DNA of 59,533 bases from Rickettsiales bacterium (GCA_965658435.1 CBFHSE010000003.1:1-59533); one strand, 5' to 3'. Counted from the first letter of the stretch, positions 16,658 through 25,877 are shown. The notes: a model not told the origin generated them from the sequence alone. A program made the numbers and translations.

Positions 16658-17894
16658 TTTGCACCCATGGAATTTTTGCTTTAAATAATTTAGCAACATT
16701 AACAGCACTTAATAATCCATCTTCATGAAAGCCATAACGTTGATATGCACCAACAAAATAGCAATTATTATCTCCTTGCAGAGATGATATCTCTTTTTGA
16801 GCTTTTATTGCTTTCTGATCAAATATTGGATGGCTAAAAAAATGCTCGTTTATTATCATTTCCTTTTTTGGTTTTCTATGTGGGTTTAAAGTTATTATTA
16901 GGGGTTGTTGGCTTTTTAGATTTTGTAAATTATTCATCCAATAGCTTAAAGATAATTTATCTGAATCTCCTTCATTAAGATAGATCCAGCTTGACCATGC
17001 TTTTTTATTTTTGGGCATAAAGCTTATATCTTGATGTAAGATTACTTTATTATTTTGATATTTGAATTTTCCTAGAATTTCTTGTTCTCTTTGGCTGGGT
17101 TTTTGAATGATCTCAAGGGCTTCATCTGCGTGGCAAGCAAAAATAACTTTATCAAATTTATAGGTTTTGTTATTTTGATCAGTAATTATTATTTCTTTGT
17201 TTTTTCTCTCTAATTTGATTATTTTAGAGTTTTTCTTGGTATTTTTAGAGAAATTATTGCTAAGTTTTTTGACATATTCTTTGCTTCCTCCAGAAACTGT
17301 ATACCATTGTGGCTGGTTTGTGACAGTAAGTAGACCATGGTTTTCAAAGAATTGTAGAAAAGTTTTCGCCGGAAATTTCAAGATTTTATTATGTGGGCAA
17401 CTCCAAATTGATGCGCCCATTGCCAATAAATAATAATCTCTAAACCATGAGCAAAAATTATGTTTGTTTAGATATTCTTCTAAAGTTAAATCTGATTTTG
17501 AAGCTAGATATTTTGGTGCTAAATTATTAAATCTAATAATATCTTTAAGCATTTGATAAAATTTAATATTTAATAAGTTTTTTTTCTGAGCAAAAATATT
17601 TAATAATGAATTAGAACCATATTCTAATTTACCATTAGTTATTGATACCCCAAAAGACATATTACTTTTTTCGGTTTTTACATCCAGATATTTGAATAAA
17701 GCTGTTAAATGAGGGTAATTTTTATGATTAAATACTATAAATCCTGTATCAACTGGATTTGAGTTTGCTGTAACTGTTCTGCTGTGTCCGCCTAGGTAAT
17801 TTTCTTTTTCAAATATTGTTAAATCGTGATATGGGTTAAGTAGATAGCTAATAGCTAATCCTGAGATTCCTGTTCCTATTATTGCAATTTTCAT
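16647..17894 (-). CDS. NAD(P)/FAD-dependent oxidoreductase (amine-oxidase/desaturase fold)
   Basis: N-terminal dinucleotide motif KIAIIGTGISGLA...FEKENYLGGH. It is 415 aa and is the first gene of the operon. Confidence 0.85.
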   Translation of the reverse strand: MKIAIIGTGISGLAISYLLNPYHDLTIFEKENYLGGHSRTVTANSNPVDTGFIVFNHKNYPHLTALFKYLDVKTEKSNMSFGVSITNGKLEYGSNSLLNIFAQKKNLLNIKFYQMLKDIIRFNNLAPKYLASKSDLTLEEYLNKHNFCSWFRDYYLLAMGASIWSCPHNKILKFPAKTFLQFFENHGLLTVTNQPQWYTVSGGSKEYVKKLSNNFSKNTKKNSKIIKLERKNKEIIITDQNNKTYKFDKVIFACHADEALEIIQKPSQREQEILGKFKYQNNKVILHQDISFMPKNKKAWSSWIYLNEGDSDKLSLSYWMNNLQNLKSQQPLIITLNPHRKPKKEMIINEHFFSHPIFDQKAIKAQKEISSLQGDNNCYFVGAYQRYGFHEDGLLSAVNVAKLFKAKIPWVQNAA

Positions 17895-17972
17895 AAATCT
17901 AGATTAGTTGATAGTTAATTATTAATTTTTTTTAAAGTGACAGGATTTATTTTTAAAACAACAGGAATAGCG

Positions 17973-20114
17973 ATGAAATTTTTAGAATCAATATTTGATT
18001 CTAATCTCAAAGTATCTGGTGTTGAAAATATTCCTGATACTCCTGTTTTATTTGTAGCAAATCATTTTACTAGAAGTGAAACATTTATTTTGCCTTATAT
18101 GATGCATAAAGCGCTTGGTAGAAAGGTGAGATGTTTGGCAGATAAAAATTTATTCGTGGGTGGCCTGGGCACTTATTTGGAATCTATGGGAACAGTAGCA
18201 ACTGATAACCCTAAAAGAAATAACATTATTATAGGTGATTTGCTTGCTAATAAGAATGACTGGATAATCTACCCGGAAGGGGTGATGGTTAAAAATAAAA
18301 GAATTATTAAAAAATCAGCAAATTATTTTATTCAATTTCCTGATGGTAAAACAAAAAGGGTTAAAACTGGAGCGGCAGTTCTTGCGATTCAAACGGAATT
18401 AATAAAAAAACAAATTTTTAATCTTGGGATAAGGCAGGAAGAGGATAAAATTCAGGAAATTAAAAATGAATATTTTATAGGTGATAAAGAAAATATCTCT
18501 CCTAAAAACTTACATATTGTGCCAATTAATATTAATTATTATCCTATTAGGCCTGGTAAAAATAAAATTAAAAATATAATAGAAAAATTTATTTCAGATT
18601 TACCAAGTAGAATTGCCGAAGAGCTAGAAATAGAAGGTAATTTAATAACAGGTTCTGAAGTAACAATTAGTTTCGGTCATGCTCTTAATATTTATGATGA
18701 GCTTAGAAATAATAGACGCTTAATATATAAATTGCCTATTTTTACTAGCGAGCAAAGAAATAAATTACTGATTAATTTTTATAGATATCGTTTAACTACG
18801 AAATTTATGTCACTAATTTATGAGAATGCGGCTATTAATATGGATCATCTTTTTGCTTGTTCATTATATTATGTTAACCAAGCTAAAATAAAAAGATCAG
18901 CACTCAAAAATTTAATTTATGTAAATGCAAGAGATATTAAGAAATTAGGTAAATTTCAGTTACATCATTCTGTAGATACAAATTTAATGAAATTATTCAT
19001 GAATAATAATAACATTTACTATGATTCTGTTTTTAAATTAGCTACAGAGCAAGAAATTATTAGGAAGGATCAAGAAAATTATTATGTTAATTTAGATAAA
19101 TTTAATAATTTCAATGATTTTCACTATGGTAGATTAAAAAATACTTTAAAGATTTTTGTAAATCAGCTGGAGAAATTCCCTATTTTAACAAAAGTTTTTA
19201 AAGCTAATGGTAGGCTTTCAGTAGAAAAGCTTAAAGATAAAACATTTAAGCTTATTTTGCGAAGTGATGAAAAGGAATATTTTGATGATTATAAAAGATT
19301 TTTTGATAATAATGAGTCAAAGCCCAGAGAGGTAGGGGCCCCTTTCTTTTTGCAGGCTAAAAACAATAAGATAGGTGTAGTTTTATGCCATGGATTTAAA
19401 GCTTCTCCAGCAGAGGTGAGGGAGTTAGCTGATTTTTTACATAAAAAAAATATGAATATTTATGCAGTGCGTTTAAAAGGCCATGCAACTGCTGCAATTA
19501 ATATGAACGAGGTGAAATGGCAAGATTGGTATATATCTTTTTTAAAAGCCTATATAGCTCTTAAACAAAAATGTGAATATGTTGTTGTTATTGGTTTTTC
19601 AACTGGTGGTTTGTTGGCATTGCTTCATAGTGCTTTTAGGCAAGGTGAGACTGATGCAGTGATTTCTGTTAATGCTGCAATTAAATTAAATGATATCAGA
19701 GTTAATTTTGTGCCAACGGTTAATTTTTGGAATGAAATGCTTGATAAATTTCATAGTAAAAAGGGAAAAAAAGAATATATTGAAGATAAACCTGAAAATC
19801 CTCATATTAACTATAGTAAAAATTATTTATCTGCTGTTGAAGAACTATCTGATCTCATGGCTGAATGTAAAAAGAATTTAAGTAAAATTTCTGCGCCTAC
19901 ACTAATAATTCAAGCTGATAAAGACCCAGTTGTAAACCCTAAAAGTGCCAAAATTATATATGAGAACATTAAAACAGAAAGAAAAGAAATATATAATTTT
20001 AGAGCAGATAATCATGTAATTATTTCAAAATATAACCCTAAATTATTTAACAAAATTGCTGATTATATAGAATTCCAACAGAAAAATATAAGTTATAATG
20101 ATGCAAAAAATTAA
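17973..20114 (+). CDS. Fusion protein: PlsC-like acyltransferase, unknown middle domain, alpha/beta hydrolase (esterase/lipase)
   Basis: The N-terminus has VANHFTRSETF (an HX4D/E-type block) and YPEGVMVKN. The C-terminus has HGFKASP, the nucleophile elbow GFSTGG, and DKDPVV...NH. An alternative GTG start lies at 17937. Confidence 0.7.
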   Translation: MKFLESIFDSNLKVSGVENIPDTPVLFVANHFTRSETFILPYMMHKALGRKVRCLADKNLFVGGLGTYLESMGTVATDNPKRNNIIIGDLLANKNDWIIYPEGVMVKNKRIIKKSANYFIQFPDGKTKRVKTGAAVLAIQTELIKKQIFNLGIRQEEDKIQEIKNEYFIGDKENISPKNLHIVPININYYPIRPGKNKIKNIIEKFISDLPSRIAEELEIEGNLITGSEVTISFGHALNIYDELRNNRRLIYKLPIFTSEQRNKLLINFYRYRLTTKFMSLIYENAAINMDHLFACSLYYVNQAKIKRSALKNLIYVNARDIKKLGKFQLHHSVDTNLMKLFMNNNNIYYDSVFKLATEQEIIRKDQENYYVNLDKFNNFNDFHYGRLKNTLKIFVNQLEKFPILTKVFKANGRLSVEKLKDKTFKLILRSDEKEYFDDYKRFFDNNESKPREVGAPFFLQAKNNKIGVVLCHGFKASPAEVRELADFLHKKNMNIYAVRLKGHATAAINMNEVKWQDWYISFLKAYIALKQKCEYVVVIGFSTGGLLALLHSAFRQGETDAVISVNAAIKLNDIRVNFVPTVNFWNEMLDKFHSKKGKKEYIEDKPENPHINYSKNYLSAVEELSDLMAECKKNLSKISAPTLIIQADKDPVVNPKSAKIIYENIKTERKEIYNFRADNHVIISKYNPKLFNKIADYIEFQQKNISYNDAKN

Positions 20115-21300
20115 AGTTAAAAATCCAATTGTAGAAATGGATGGTGATGAGATGGCTAGGGTGATGTGGCAAGAGATTAAGCAAAAATTAATTTTACCTT
20201 TTTTGGATTTGCCTATTGAATATTTTGACCTTGGTATCAAACATCGTGATTTAACAGAGGATCAAGTTACTATTGATGCTGCTAATGCCACAAAAGATAT
20301 TGGTGTTGCTGTTAAATGTGCTACAATTACTGCAACTAAAGCTCGGCAAGAAGAATTTTTACTAAAAAAAATTTATAAATCTCCAAATGGTACTATTAGA
20401 AATATTATTGGTGGTACAGTTTTCCGTGAGCCAATTTTAGTAGCTAATATTAAGCCTGTAGTTAAGAATTGGAATAAAGCTATAATAATCGGTAGGCATG
20501 CTTTTGCAGATCAATATAAAGCACATGATTTTTATATAAAAAAAGGCTCTAAAGTAAGTTTAAAAATTGAAGATAAAAATGGTGTTAGAGAAGAATTAAT
20601 AAATGATTTTCAAGATTCTTCTGGTGTTGTGCTTGGTATGTTTAATCTAGAAGCTTCAATTAAGAATTTTGCTTATTCTTGTTTTAAATTCGCTTTAGAT
20701 AAAAAATGGCCTTTATATTTTTCTAGTAAAAATACTATTTTAAAACAGTATGATCAGCTTTTTGTTGATATATTTGCTGATATTTATAAAAAAGAATTTG
20801 CAGATGAATTCATGGCAAATAATATTTCTTATCAACATCGATTAATTGATGATATGGTTGCTTTTGCTTTAAAAAGTGAAGGTGGATTTATTTGGGCTTG
20901 TAAAAATTATGATGGTGATGTGCAATCTGATAATTTAGCTCAGGCTTTTGGTTCTCTTGGTTTGATGAGCTCTGTTTTGGTAAGCGTAGATGGTAACATA
21001 AAGCTTGCAGAAGCAGCGCATGGAACTGTTACTAGACATTACCAGCAGCATAAAAATGGTAAAGCTACCTCAACAAATCCTATTGCTTCAATTTTTGCTT
21101 GGAGTAGGGCTTTGTTACATCGTGCTAAATTAGATGCAAATCAAGATCTGTTTAATTTTAGTAATAAAATTGAGAAGCTGGTTCTAGAAATTGTTGAATC
21201 AGGATTTGTTACTAAAGATCTTGCCAATTTAATAGGTGCTAAGAAATTTGTAACTATGTCTGAATTTATAGATAAAATTTCTTTAGAAATGCAAAAATAA
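20098..21300 (+). CDS. icd: NADP-dependent isocitrate dehydrogenase (eukaryote-like subfamily II)
   Basis: KVKNPIVEMDGDEMARVMW, CATITA, TVFREPI and NYDGDVQSD blocks are present. Length is 400 aa. Confidence 0.92.
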   Translation: MMQKIKVKNPIVEMDGDEMARVMWQEIKQKLILPFLDLPIEYFDLGIKHRDLTEDQVTIDAANATKDIGVAVKCATITATKARQEEFLLKKIYKSPNGTIRNIIGGTVFREPILVANIKPVVKNWNKAIIIGRHAFADQYKAHDFYIKKGSKVSLKIEDKNGVREELINDFQDSSGVVLGMFNLEASIKNFAYSCFKFALDKKWPLYFSSKNTILKQYDQLFVDIFADIYKKEFADEFMANNISYQHRLIDDMVAFALKSEGGFIWACKNYDGDVQSDNLAQAFGSLGLMSSVLVSVDGNIKLAEAAHGTVTRHYQQHKNGKATSTNPIASIFAWSRALLHRAKLDANQDLFNFSNKIEKLVLEIVESGFVTKDLANLIGAKKFVTMSEFIDKISLEMQK

Positions 21301-21301
21301 A

Positions 21302-21631
21302 TTATTTTGCCGCTGTTTTATTAAAGTGAAGAGGATATTTATCAGTGGTATTTTTAAACTGTTCTGCTTGAGGATAGGCTTCTTTTTTTTCGCTTATATT
21401 AGGCCATTTTTCTGAAAATGCCTTATTGATTTTTATGAATTCAACCAAATCCTCTGATTCTGGTTTTATTGCATCAATTGGACATTCTGGCTCACAAACA
21501 CCGCAATCAATACATTCTTCTGGATTAATTACTAGCATATTTTCACCTTCATAAAAGCAATCTACTGGGCAAACTTCTACACAATCAGTATATTTGCATT
21601 TTATACATTTATCAGTAACTACATATGTCAT
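21302..21631 (-). CDS. fdxA: 7Fe ferredoxin
   Basis: [26 protein letters not shown] and [12 protein letters not shown] cluster motifs. Confidence 0.92.
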   Translation of the reverse strand: MTYVVTDKCIKCKYTDCVEVCPVDCFYEGENMLVINPEECIDCGVCEPECPIDAIKPESEDLVEFIKINKAFSEKWPNISEKKEAYPQAEQFKNTTDKYPLHFNKTAAK

Positions 21632-22326
21632 TTTAATCTTTGTTTTTTATGTTTAATTAAAAATATATTTATTCTCATTAAAAATATATTAAAAGTTAAA
21701 ACTAGCAATGTAAAGAATGATATTAATAAAGGCTTTAGCATTGATGAATGGATTGCAATTCCATCTTTTCTTAAAATGCTTGCAGGTTGATGCAAGCTAT
21801 TCCAAATTTCTACAGAAAATTTAATTATAGGAATATTTATGAATCCTATTATGGCAAGAGCTGCAGCAATTTTTGACCCTGTTATGATATTAGAATATGA
21901 TTTATATAAAATTATATATGAGACATAAAGAAAAAATAATATTAACATTGAAGTTAATCTAGCGTCCCAGACCCACCAGGTTCCCCATATTGGTTTGCCC
22001 CAAAAGGAACCAGTAACAAGGGTTATTAATGAAAAAATACAGCCAATAGGAGCTAAACTAATAGAGCTAAGTGTAAGAAGAGGTGTTTTATAGATGAAGC
22101 TTAAGACACTAAGAGATGCAATAATGGTGTAAATAAGTAGTGAGAGCCAAGCTGATGGAACATGTATATACATAATTTTAACAGCATTGCCTTGTTGGTA
22201 ATCATTAGGTGAGGTTAAAATGAAAAATAAGCTAGTTACAAATAATGCAAAAAGTAAAATATTCATTTTATATAGATGATTATTGCAAAAATTTTGATAA
22301 TTTTGTGGAGTGATTTTAAAAATCAT
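21628..22326 (-). CDS. ccmC: Heme exporter / cytochrome c maturation protein CcmC
   Basis: Carries the WWD motif [18 protein letters not shown] in a polytopic membrane protein. Confidence 0.9.
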   Translation of the reverse strand: MIFKITPQNYQNFCNNHLYKMNILLFALFVTSLFFILTSPNDYQQGNAVKIMYIHVPSAWLSLLIYTIIASLSVLSFIYKTPLLTLSSISLAPIGCIFSLITLVTGSFWGKPIWGTWWVWDARLTSMLILFFLYVSYIILYKSYSNIITGSKIAAALAIIGFINIPIIKFSVEIWNSLHQPASILRKDGIAIHSSMLKPLLISFFTLLVLTFNIFLMRINIFLIKHKKQRLK

Positions 22327-23249
22327 TATTTTTGGTAAACTAAATTTTTAAAAATATCTTCAATATCTGTTTCTTGAGTATTTATATCAATTATTTCAGC
22401 GTTATTTTTTGCTAATTTATTAATAAGTCTGTCATATTCTAGATTTTCGGTTTTATATTTAATTGAGACTATATTGTTGTTTATTGTAATATCACCAAAT
22501 TCTTTGAGGTCTTTTTCTATTTTATTGGAGGATTTTTTTAAGGTAATGTTTAGGGTTTTTACGCCAAATATTTTTTTTAAGTTTGATTTTTTGTCATTAG
22601 CTATAATTTCTCCTTTATTGATGATGGCAATTTGGTCGCATAATTCTTCTGCTTCTTCCAAATAGTGAGTGGTAAGAATAACTGTTTTGCCATTTTTGTT
22701 AAGTTTACTGATATATTCCCATAATTGATCTCTTAATTCTACATCAACTCCTGCAGTAGGCTCATCTAAAATGATTATATCTGGATTGTGAACTAAGGCT
22801 TTACCAACTAGGAGACGTCTTTTCATTCCACCTGATAAAGTTCTAGGTTTAGCAGTTGCTTTATCTGTTAAGCCTAAAGCTTTGATTATTTCGTTGGTTC
22901 TTCTTTGATTTTTGGCTATACCGTAATAGCCAGCGTAAATTTCAAGAGTTTCTTTTACGTTAAAAAATGGATCCATAACTAATTCTTGCGGAACAATTCC
23001 TAAACAATTTTTTGCATTTATTTTGTTTTTATCAAAATCATGACCCATAATATTTATTTCTCCTGAATCTTTAGTAACAAGATCTGCTAAGATATTTATT
23101 ATGGTGCTTTTTCCTGCGCCATTTGGGCCAAGTAAACCAAAAAAGGATCCTTTTTCTATTGTAAGGGAAATGTTATTTAATGCTTTAACATTACCTGATT
23201 TAGTTTTGTATGTTTTATATAATTGATTAAGTTTTATGGCTTTTGTCAT
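22326..23249 (-). CDS. ABC transporter ATP-binding protein (ABC-2/DrrA-like, with C-terminal extension)
   Basis: Walker A GPNGAGKST, signature LSGGMKRRL and Walker B IIILDEPT. Length is 307 aa. The stop shares one nt with the ccmC start. Confidence 0.85.
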   Translation of the reverse strand: MTKAIKLNQLYKTYKTKSGNVKALNNISLTIEKGSFFGLLGPNGAGKSTIINILADLVTKDSGEINIMGHDFDKNKINAKNCLGIVPQELVMDPFFNVKETLEIYAGYYGIAKNQRRTNEIIKALGLTDKATAKPRTLSGGMKRRLLVGKALVHNPDIIILDEPTAGVDVELRDQLWEYISKLNKNGKTVILTTHYLEEAEELCDQIAIINKGEIIANDKKSNLKKIFGVKTLNITLKKSSNKIEKDLKEFGDITINNNIVSIKYKTENLEYDRLINKLAKNNAEIIDINTQETDIEDIFKNLVYQK

Positions 23250-23554
23250 TATTTAAGTGCTTCTTCAAGCTCACCATTTTCTTGCATTTCTCTTATTATG
23301 TCACATCCTCCTATAAATTCACCATTTACATATAATTGTGGGATTGTTGGCCAGTCTGTGAAATCTTTTATGGCTTGACGCATTTCTTCATCTTCTAGAA
23401 TATTAACATCGGTAAATTCTATGTTGAGATTTTGTAATGTTTTAGCAACAAAGGCTGAAAAGCCACATTGAGGAAAGGTTTTGTTACCTTTCATGAAAAG
23501 AACTATTTTGTTGTTTTTGATTAAATTTTCAATTTCCTGGAATTTTTCTTGCAT
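23249..23554 (-). CDS. grxD: Monothiol (Grx4-type) glutaredoxin
   Basis: CGFS active site (FPQCGFS) and [19 protein letters not shown]. Confidence 0.92.
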   Translation of the reverse strand: MQEKFQEIENLIKNNKIVLFMKGNKTFPQCGFSAFVAKTLQNLNIEFTDVNILEDEEMRQAIKDFTDWPTIPQLYVNGEFIGGCDIIREMQENGELEEALK

Positions 23555-23658
23555 AATATGTAAATAAATTTAAGAAGTTTTTATCATTTATATATAAATA
23601 ATTCAAGATCAAGTTTTGTTATTTATTAAGTTTTTAACCAAATTTTAAGAGTGAAATT

Positions 23659-24126
23659 ATGAAAAAAATTTTTATCCAAATTTTATTTTTGCTAATTTTT
23701 AGTAATTCATACGCATTTAGTTTATCTGATGCATTAGGTAAAATAGAGGACCAAGCTAGAGAAAAGGTAAAGAAAGATGGCTCAGTTTCTTTGGATAATT
23801 TAATAGATTCTATAAAAAAAGAAGCAAATGACAAAATAGCTAAGATTGAAGAGAAAGTAAATGGTCAGATTGATTCTGTATCAGGTAAAGTTAAGGCTTC
23901 AATTGAAGAATTTGAAGATATAAAAGATAAATCAGAATTTTACTTATTATTATTTAAGATCGTTAGTGCGATTTTTTCTTGCAGCATAATATTGATAATA
24001 TTTTTTATATTTAAATTATATAGAAGAGTAAGCCGATTGTTGCAGCTATTTGAAAATATTAAAAATTATAAAGATATTGAAAAAAGATTAACTAATTTAG
24101 AAAAATTAGTGGAAAGAAAATCTTAA
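23659..24126 (+). CDS. Hypothetical secreted/membrane-anchored protein
   Basis: A signal peptide (LLIFSNSYAFS) is followed by a K/E-rich helical region, one TM segment (LLLFKIVSAIFSCSIILIIFFIF) and a basic tail. No family was recognised. Confidence 0.5.
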   Translation: MKKIFIQILFLLIFSNSYAFSLSDALGKIEDQAREKVKKDGSVSLDNLIDSIKKEANDKIAKIEEKVNGQIDSVSGKVKASIEEFEDIKDKSEFYLLLFKIVSAIFSCSIILIIFFIFKLYRRVSRLLQLFENIKNYKDIEKRLTNLEKLVERKS

Positions 24127-24356
24127 AGCGCCTCTGTTTTTAAGGTTACTGCATGGAGTCTTTCTTTGAGAGGTTCTTTAAGAGATTTCATTACTAGTTG
24201 ATGTTGCTTTACGCGATTAAGATTTTTAAATTTTGCAGATTTAATAGAGACAGAAAAGCTATAACCGTCACCCATTTGATCTGTTACATTAATAATGCTA
24301 TCAGGGAATGATAATTCTAGTAATTCTGTTATTTCTTTTTCATTTATTTGCTTCAT
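24123..24356 (-). CDS. bolA: BolA family protein
   Basis: The RVKQHQLV...LHAVTLKT C-terminal block is present, and the length fits BolA if Met-11 (MKQINEK) is the start. The listed ORF extends to 24386. Confidence 0.78.
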   Translation of the reverse strand: MKQINEKEITELLELSFPDSIINVTDQMGDGYSFSVSIKSAKFKNLNRVKQHQLVMKSLKEPLKERLHAVTLKTEAL

Positions 24357-24403
24357 GTTTTTTTTTGATATATAAATAGATTTCAATAGGAAAAAGAGGT
24401 TAA

Positions 24404-25192
24404 ATGAAATTAAAAAAATATCAAACCATTATTATAAAAATTGGTTCTTCGCTAATAGTAGATAAAAACAGATCAATGCGAATTAAATGGCTGAAATCTC
24501 TAGCTCGTGATATTAAGAGATTGCAAAAAAATGGCCATAAGGTTTTGTTAGTTTCCTCGGGAGCAATTGCAAGTTCATGTAAAAAATTAAAAACTGATCC
24601 TAATATGTTATCAATAGCTGAAAAGCAAGCTTATGCAGCTTATGGTCAGGCTATATTAACTGAGAAGCTTGGAAGGATATTTGCCAAAGCTAAATTAAAT
24701 ATTTCTCAAATTTTAGTTACTTCTGATGATTGTTATATTGATAAAAGGAAGGCTAATATTAAAAATTGCCTTGATAATTTGTATAAAATGAATGTGATAC
24801 CAGTTATAAATGAAAATGATGTGGTGGCAATTGAGGAGATTAAATTCGGTGATAATGATGGTTTGGCAGCAGAAATTGCTATTTTAGTTAAGGCAGATTT
24901 GTTGGTTTTAATGTCAGATGTTGATGGCTTATATGATTATGATCCTAAGTTAAATAAAAATGCTAAAATCATAGCTTTTCCTTGCAGTGAGGATTCTATG
25001 TTGTTTTCCAGTGTAAAGAAAACAAAGAGTTATTATGGAACTGGTGGCATGTATAGTAAGCTGCAATCAGCTAAGAAAGCTAATGAAAAAAATATAGATG
25101 TTATAATAACAAAGGGTTCTGGAAGAAGGCCTTTATATTCACTTGAAAAGAAGAAGCTTTTTAGTCTATTTAAAGCCAAATCTTCAAGATAA
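24404..25192 (+). CDS. proB: Glutamate 5-kinase (short form, no PUA domain)
   Basis: IIKIGSSLIVD, LVSSGAIA and FGDNDGLAAEIAILVKADLLVLMSDVDGLYDYDP blocks are present. An AAGAGG RBS precedes the start. Confidence 0.8.
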   Translation: MKLKKYQTIIIKIGSSLIVDKNRSMRIKWLKSLARDIKRLQKNGHKVLLVSSGAIASSCKKLKTDPNMLSIAEKQAYAAYGQAILTEKLGRIFAKAKLNISQILVTSDDCYIDKRKANIKNCLDNLYKMNVIPVINENDVVAIEEIKFGDNDGLAAEIAILVKADLLVLMSDVDGLYDYDPKLNKNAKIIAFPCSEDSMLFSSVKKTKSYYGTGGMYSKLQSAKKANEKNIDVIITKGSGRRPLYSLEKKKLFSLFKAKSSR

Positions 25193-25197
25193 TCTTC

Positions 25198-25226
25198 TTG
25201 ACTATTTTGTTTGCAAGGATTATAAA
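25198..25226 (+). promoter_or_regulatory. Candidate sigma-70 promoter for rpmG-sdhCDAB
   Basis: TTGACT (25198-25203), a 17-nt spacer, then TATAAA (25221-25226), about 46 nt upstream of the rpmG ATG. In AT-rich DNA such matches arise by chance, so confidence is limited. Confidence 0.4.
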
Positions 25227-25272
25227 TTACGCCTGTGTAATAAACAATTAAAAACCTATTATCAATTTCAAT

Positions 25273-25449
25273 ATGGCTGGTAAATCAAAGAAAAATATAC
25301 TTATAAAATTAGTTAGCTCTGCTAAGACTGGTTTTTATTATGTAAAAAAGAAAAATCCAAAGCAAATCACCGAAAAAATGAGCTTCAAGAAATATGATCC
25401 TGTAGCTAAAAAGCATGTTTTGTTTAAAGAGCAAAAATTATCAAGTTGA
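25273..25449 (+). CDS. rpmG: 50S ribosomal protein L33
   Basis: It is not in the ORF track because it is only 58 aa. My translation is [58 protein letters not shown], with the L33 pattern (S-A-x-T-G-x-F-Y...KYDP...KH). It ends with TGA. Confidence 0.85.
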   Translation: MAGKSKKNILIKLVSSAKTGFYYVKKKNPKQITEKMSFKKYDPVAKKHVLFKEQKLSS

Positions 25450-25460
25450 GAGGTTTTTTG

Positions 25461-25877
25461 ATGAGTGATGTAAAGTTAAAATCTAGACCTTTATCGCCCC
25501 ATTTAACGATTTATAAGCCGCAAATCACATCTGTGCTTTCTATTTCACATAGGATAGCGGGTTTTTTTCTTTATTTAGGTTTGTTGTTTTTAAGCTGGTT
25601 TGTAATTTTTAGTAATTTTCAGGAATTTTTTATATCTGAATATTACATATCATTTTTTAGCTTCTTTTTCGCCAATATTTTAGGTAAGATTGTATTGTTC
25701 TTTTGGGTTTTAGCTTTTTATTATCATTTTTGTAATGGTATTAGACATTTATTCTGGGACATAGGTAAGGGCTATTCAATTAAATCTGTTAAAATATCTG
25801 GCTTGATAGTTATCGCTGCTAGCTTAATATTAAGCTTTTTAAGCTATTATTATGGTGTAATTAAATTGGTGCAATAA
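25461..25877 (+). CDS. sdhC: Succinate dehydrogenase cytochrome b556 subunit
   Basis: RPLSPHLTIYKPQITSVLSISHRI motif. ATG 25461 (MSDVKLK) is preferred to the listed TTG at 25446. Confidence 0.85.
   Translation: MSDVKLKSRPLSPHLTIYKPQITSVLSISHRIAGFFLYLGLLFLSWFVIFSNFQEFFISEYYISFFSFFFANILGKIVLFFWVLAFYYHFCNGIRHLFWDIGKGYSIKSVKISGLIVIAASLILSFLSYYYGVIKLVQ

Noticed and set aside
24404-25192. proB flagged as truncated (262 aa, no PUA domain, no proA neighbour)
   Set aside because: Short PUA-less glutamate 5-kinases are a known natural form and the kinase motifs are intact. The absence of proA cannot be judged from one window.
25447-25449. Possibility of TGA=Trp recoding (genetic code 4), given the very low GC
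   Set aside because: TGA cleanly terminates rpmG, the DUF185 methyltransferase (38241-38243) and other well-delimited genes, and conserved proteins have normal lengths under the standard code.
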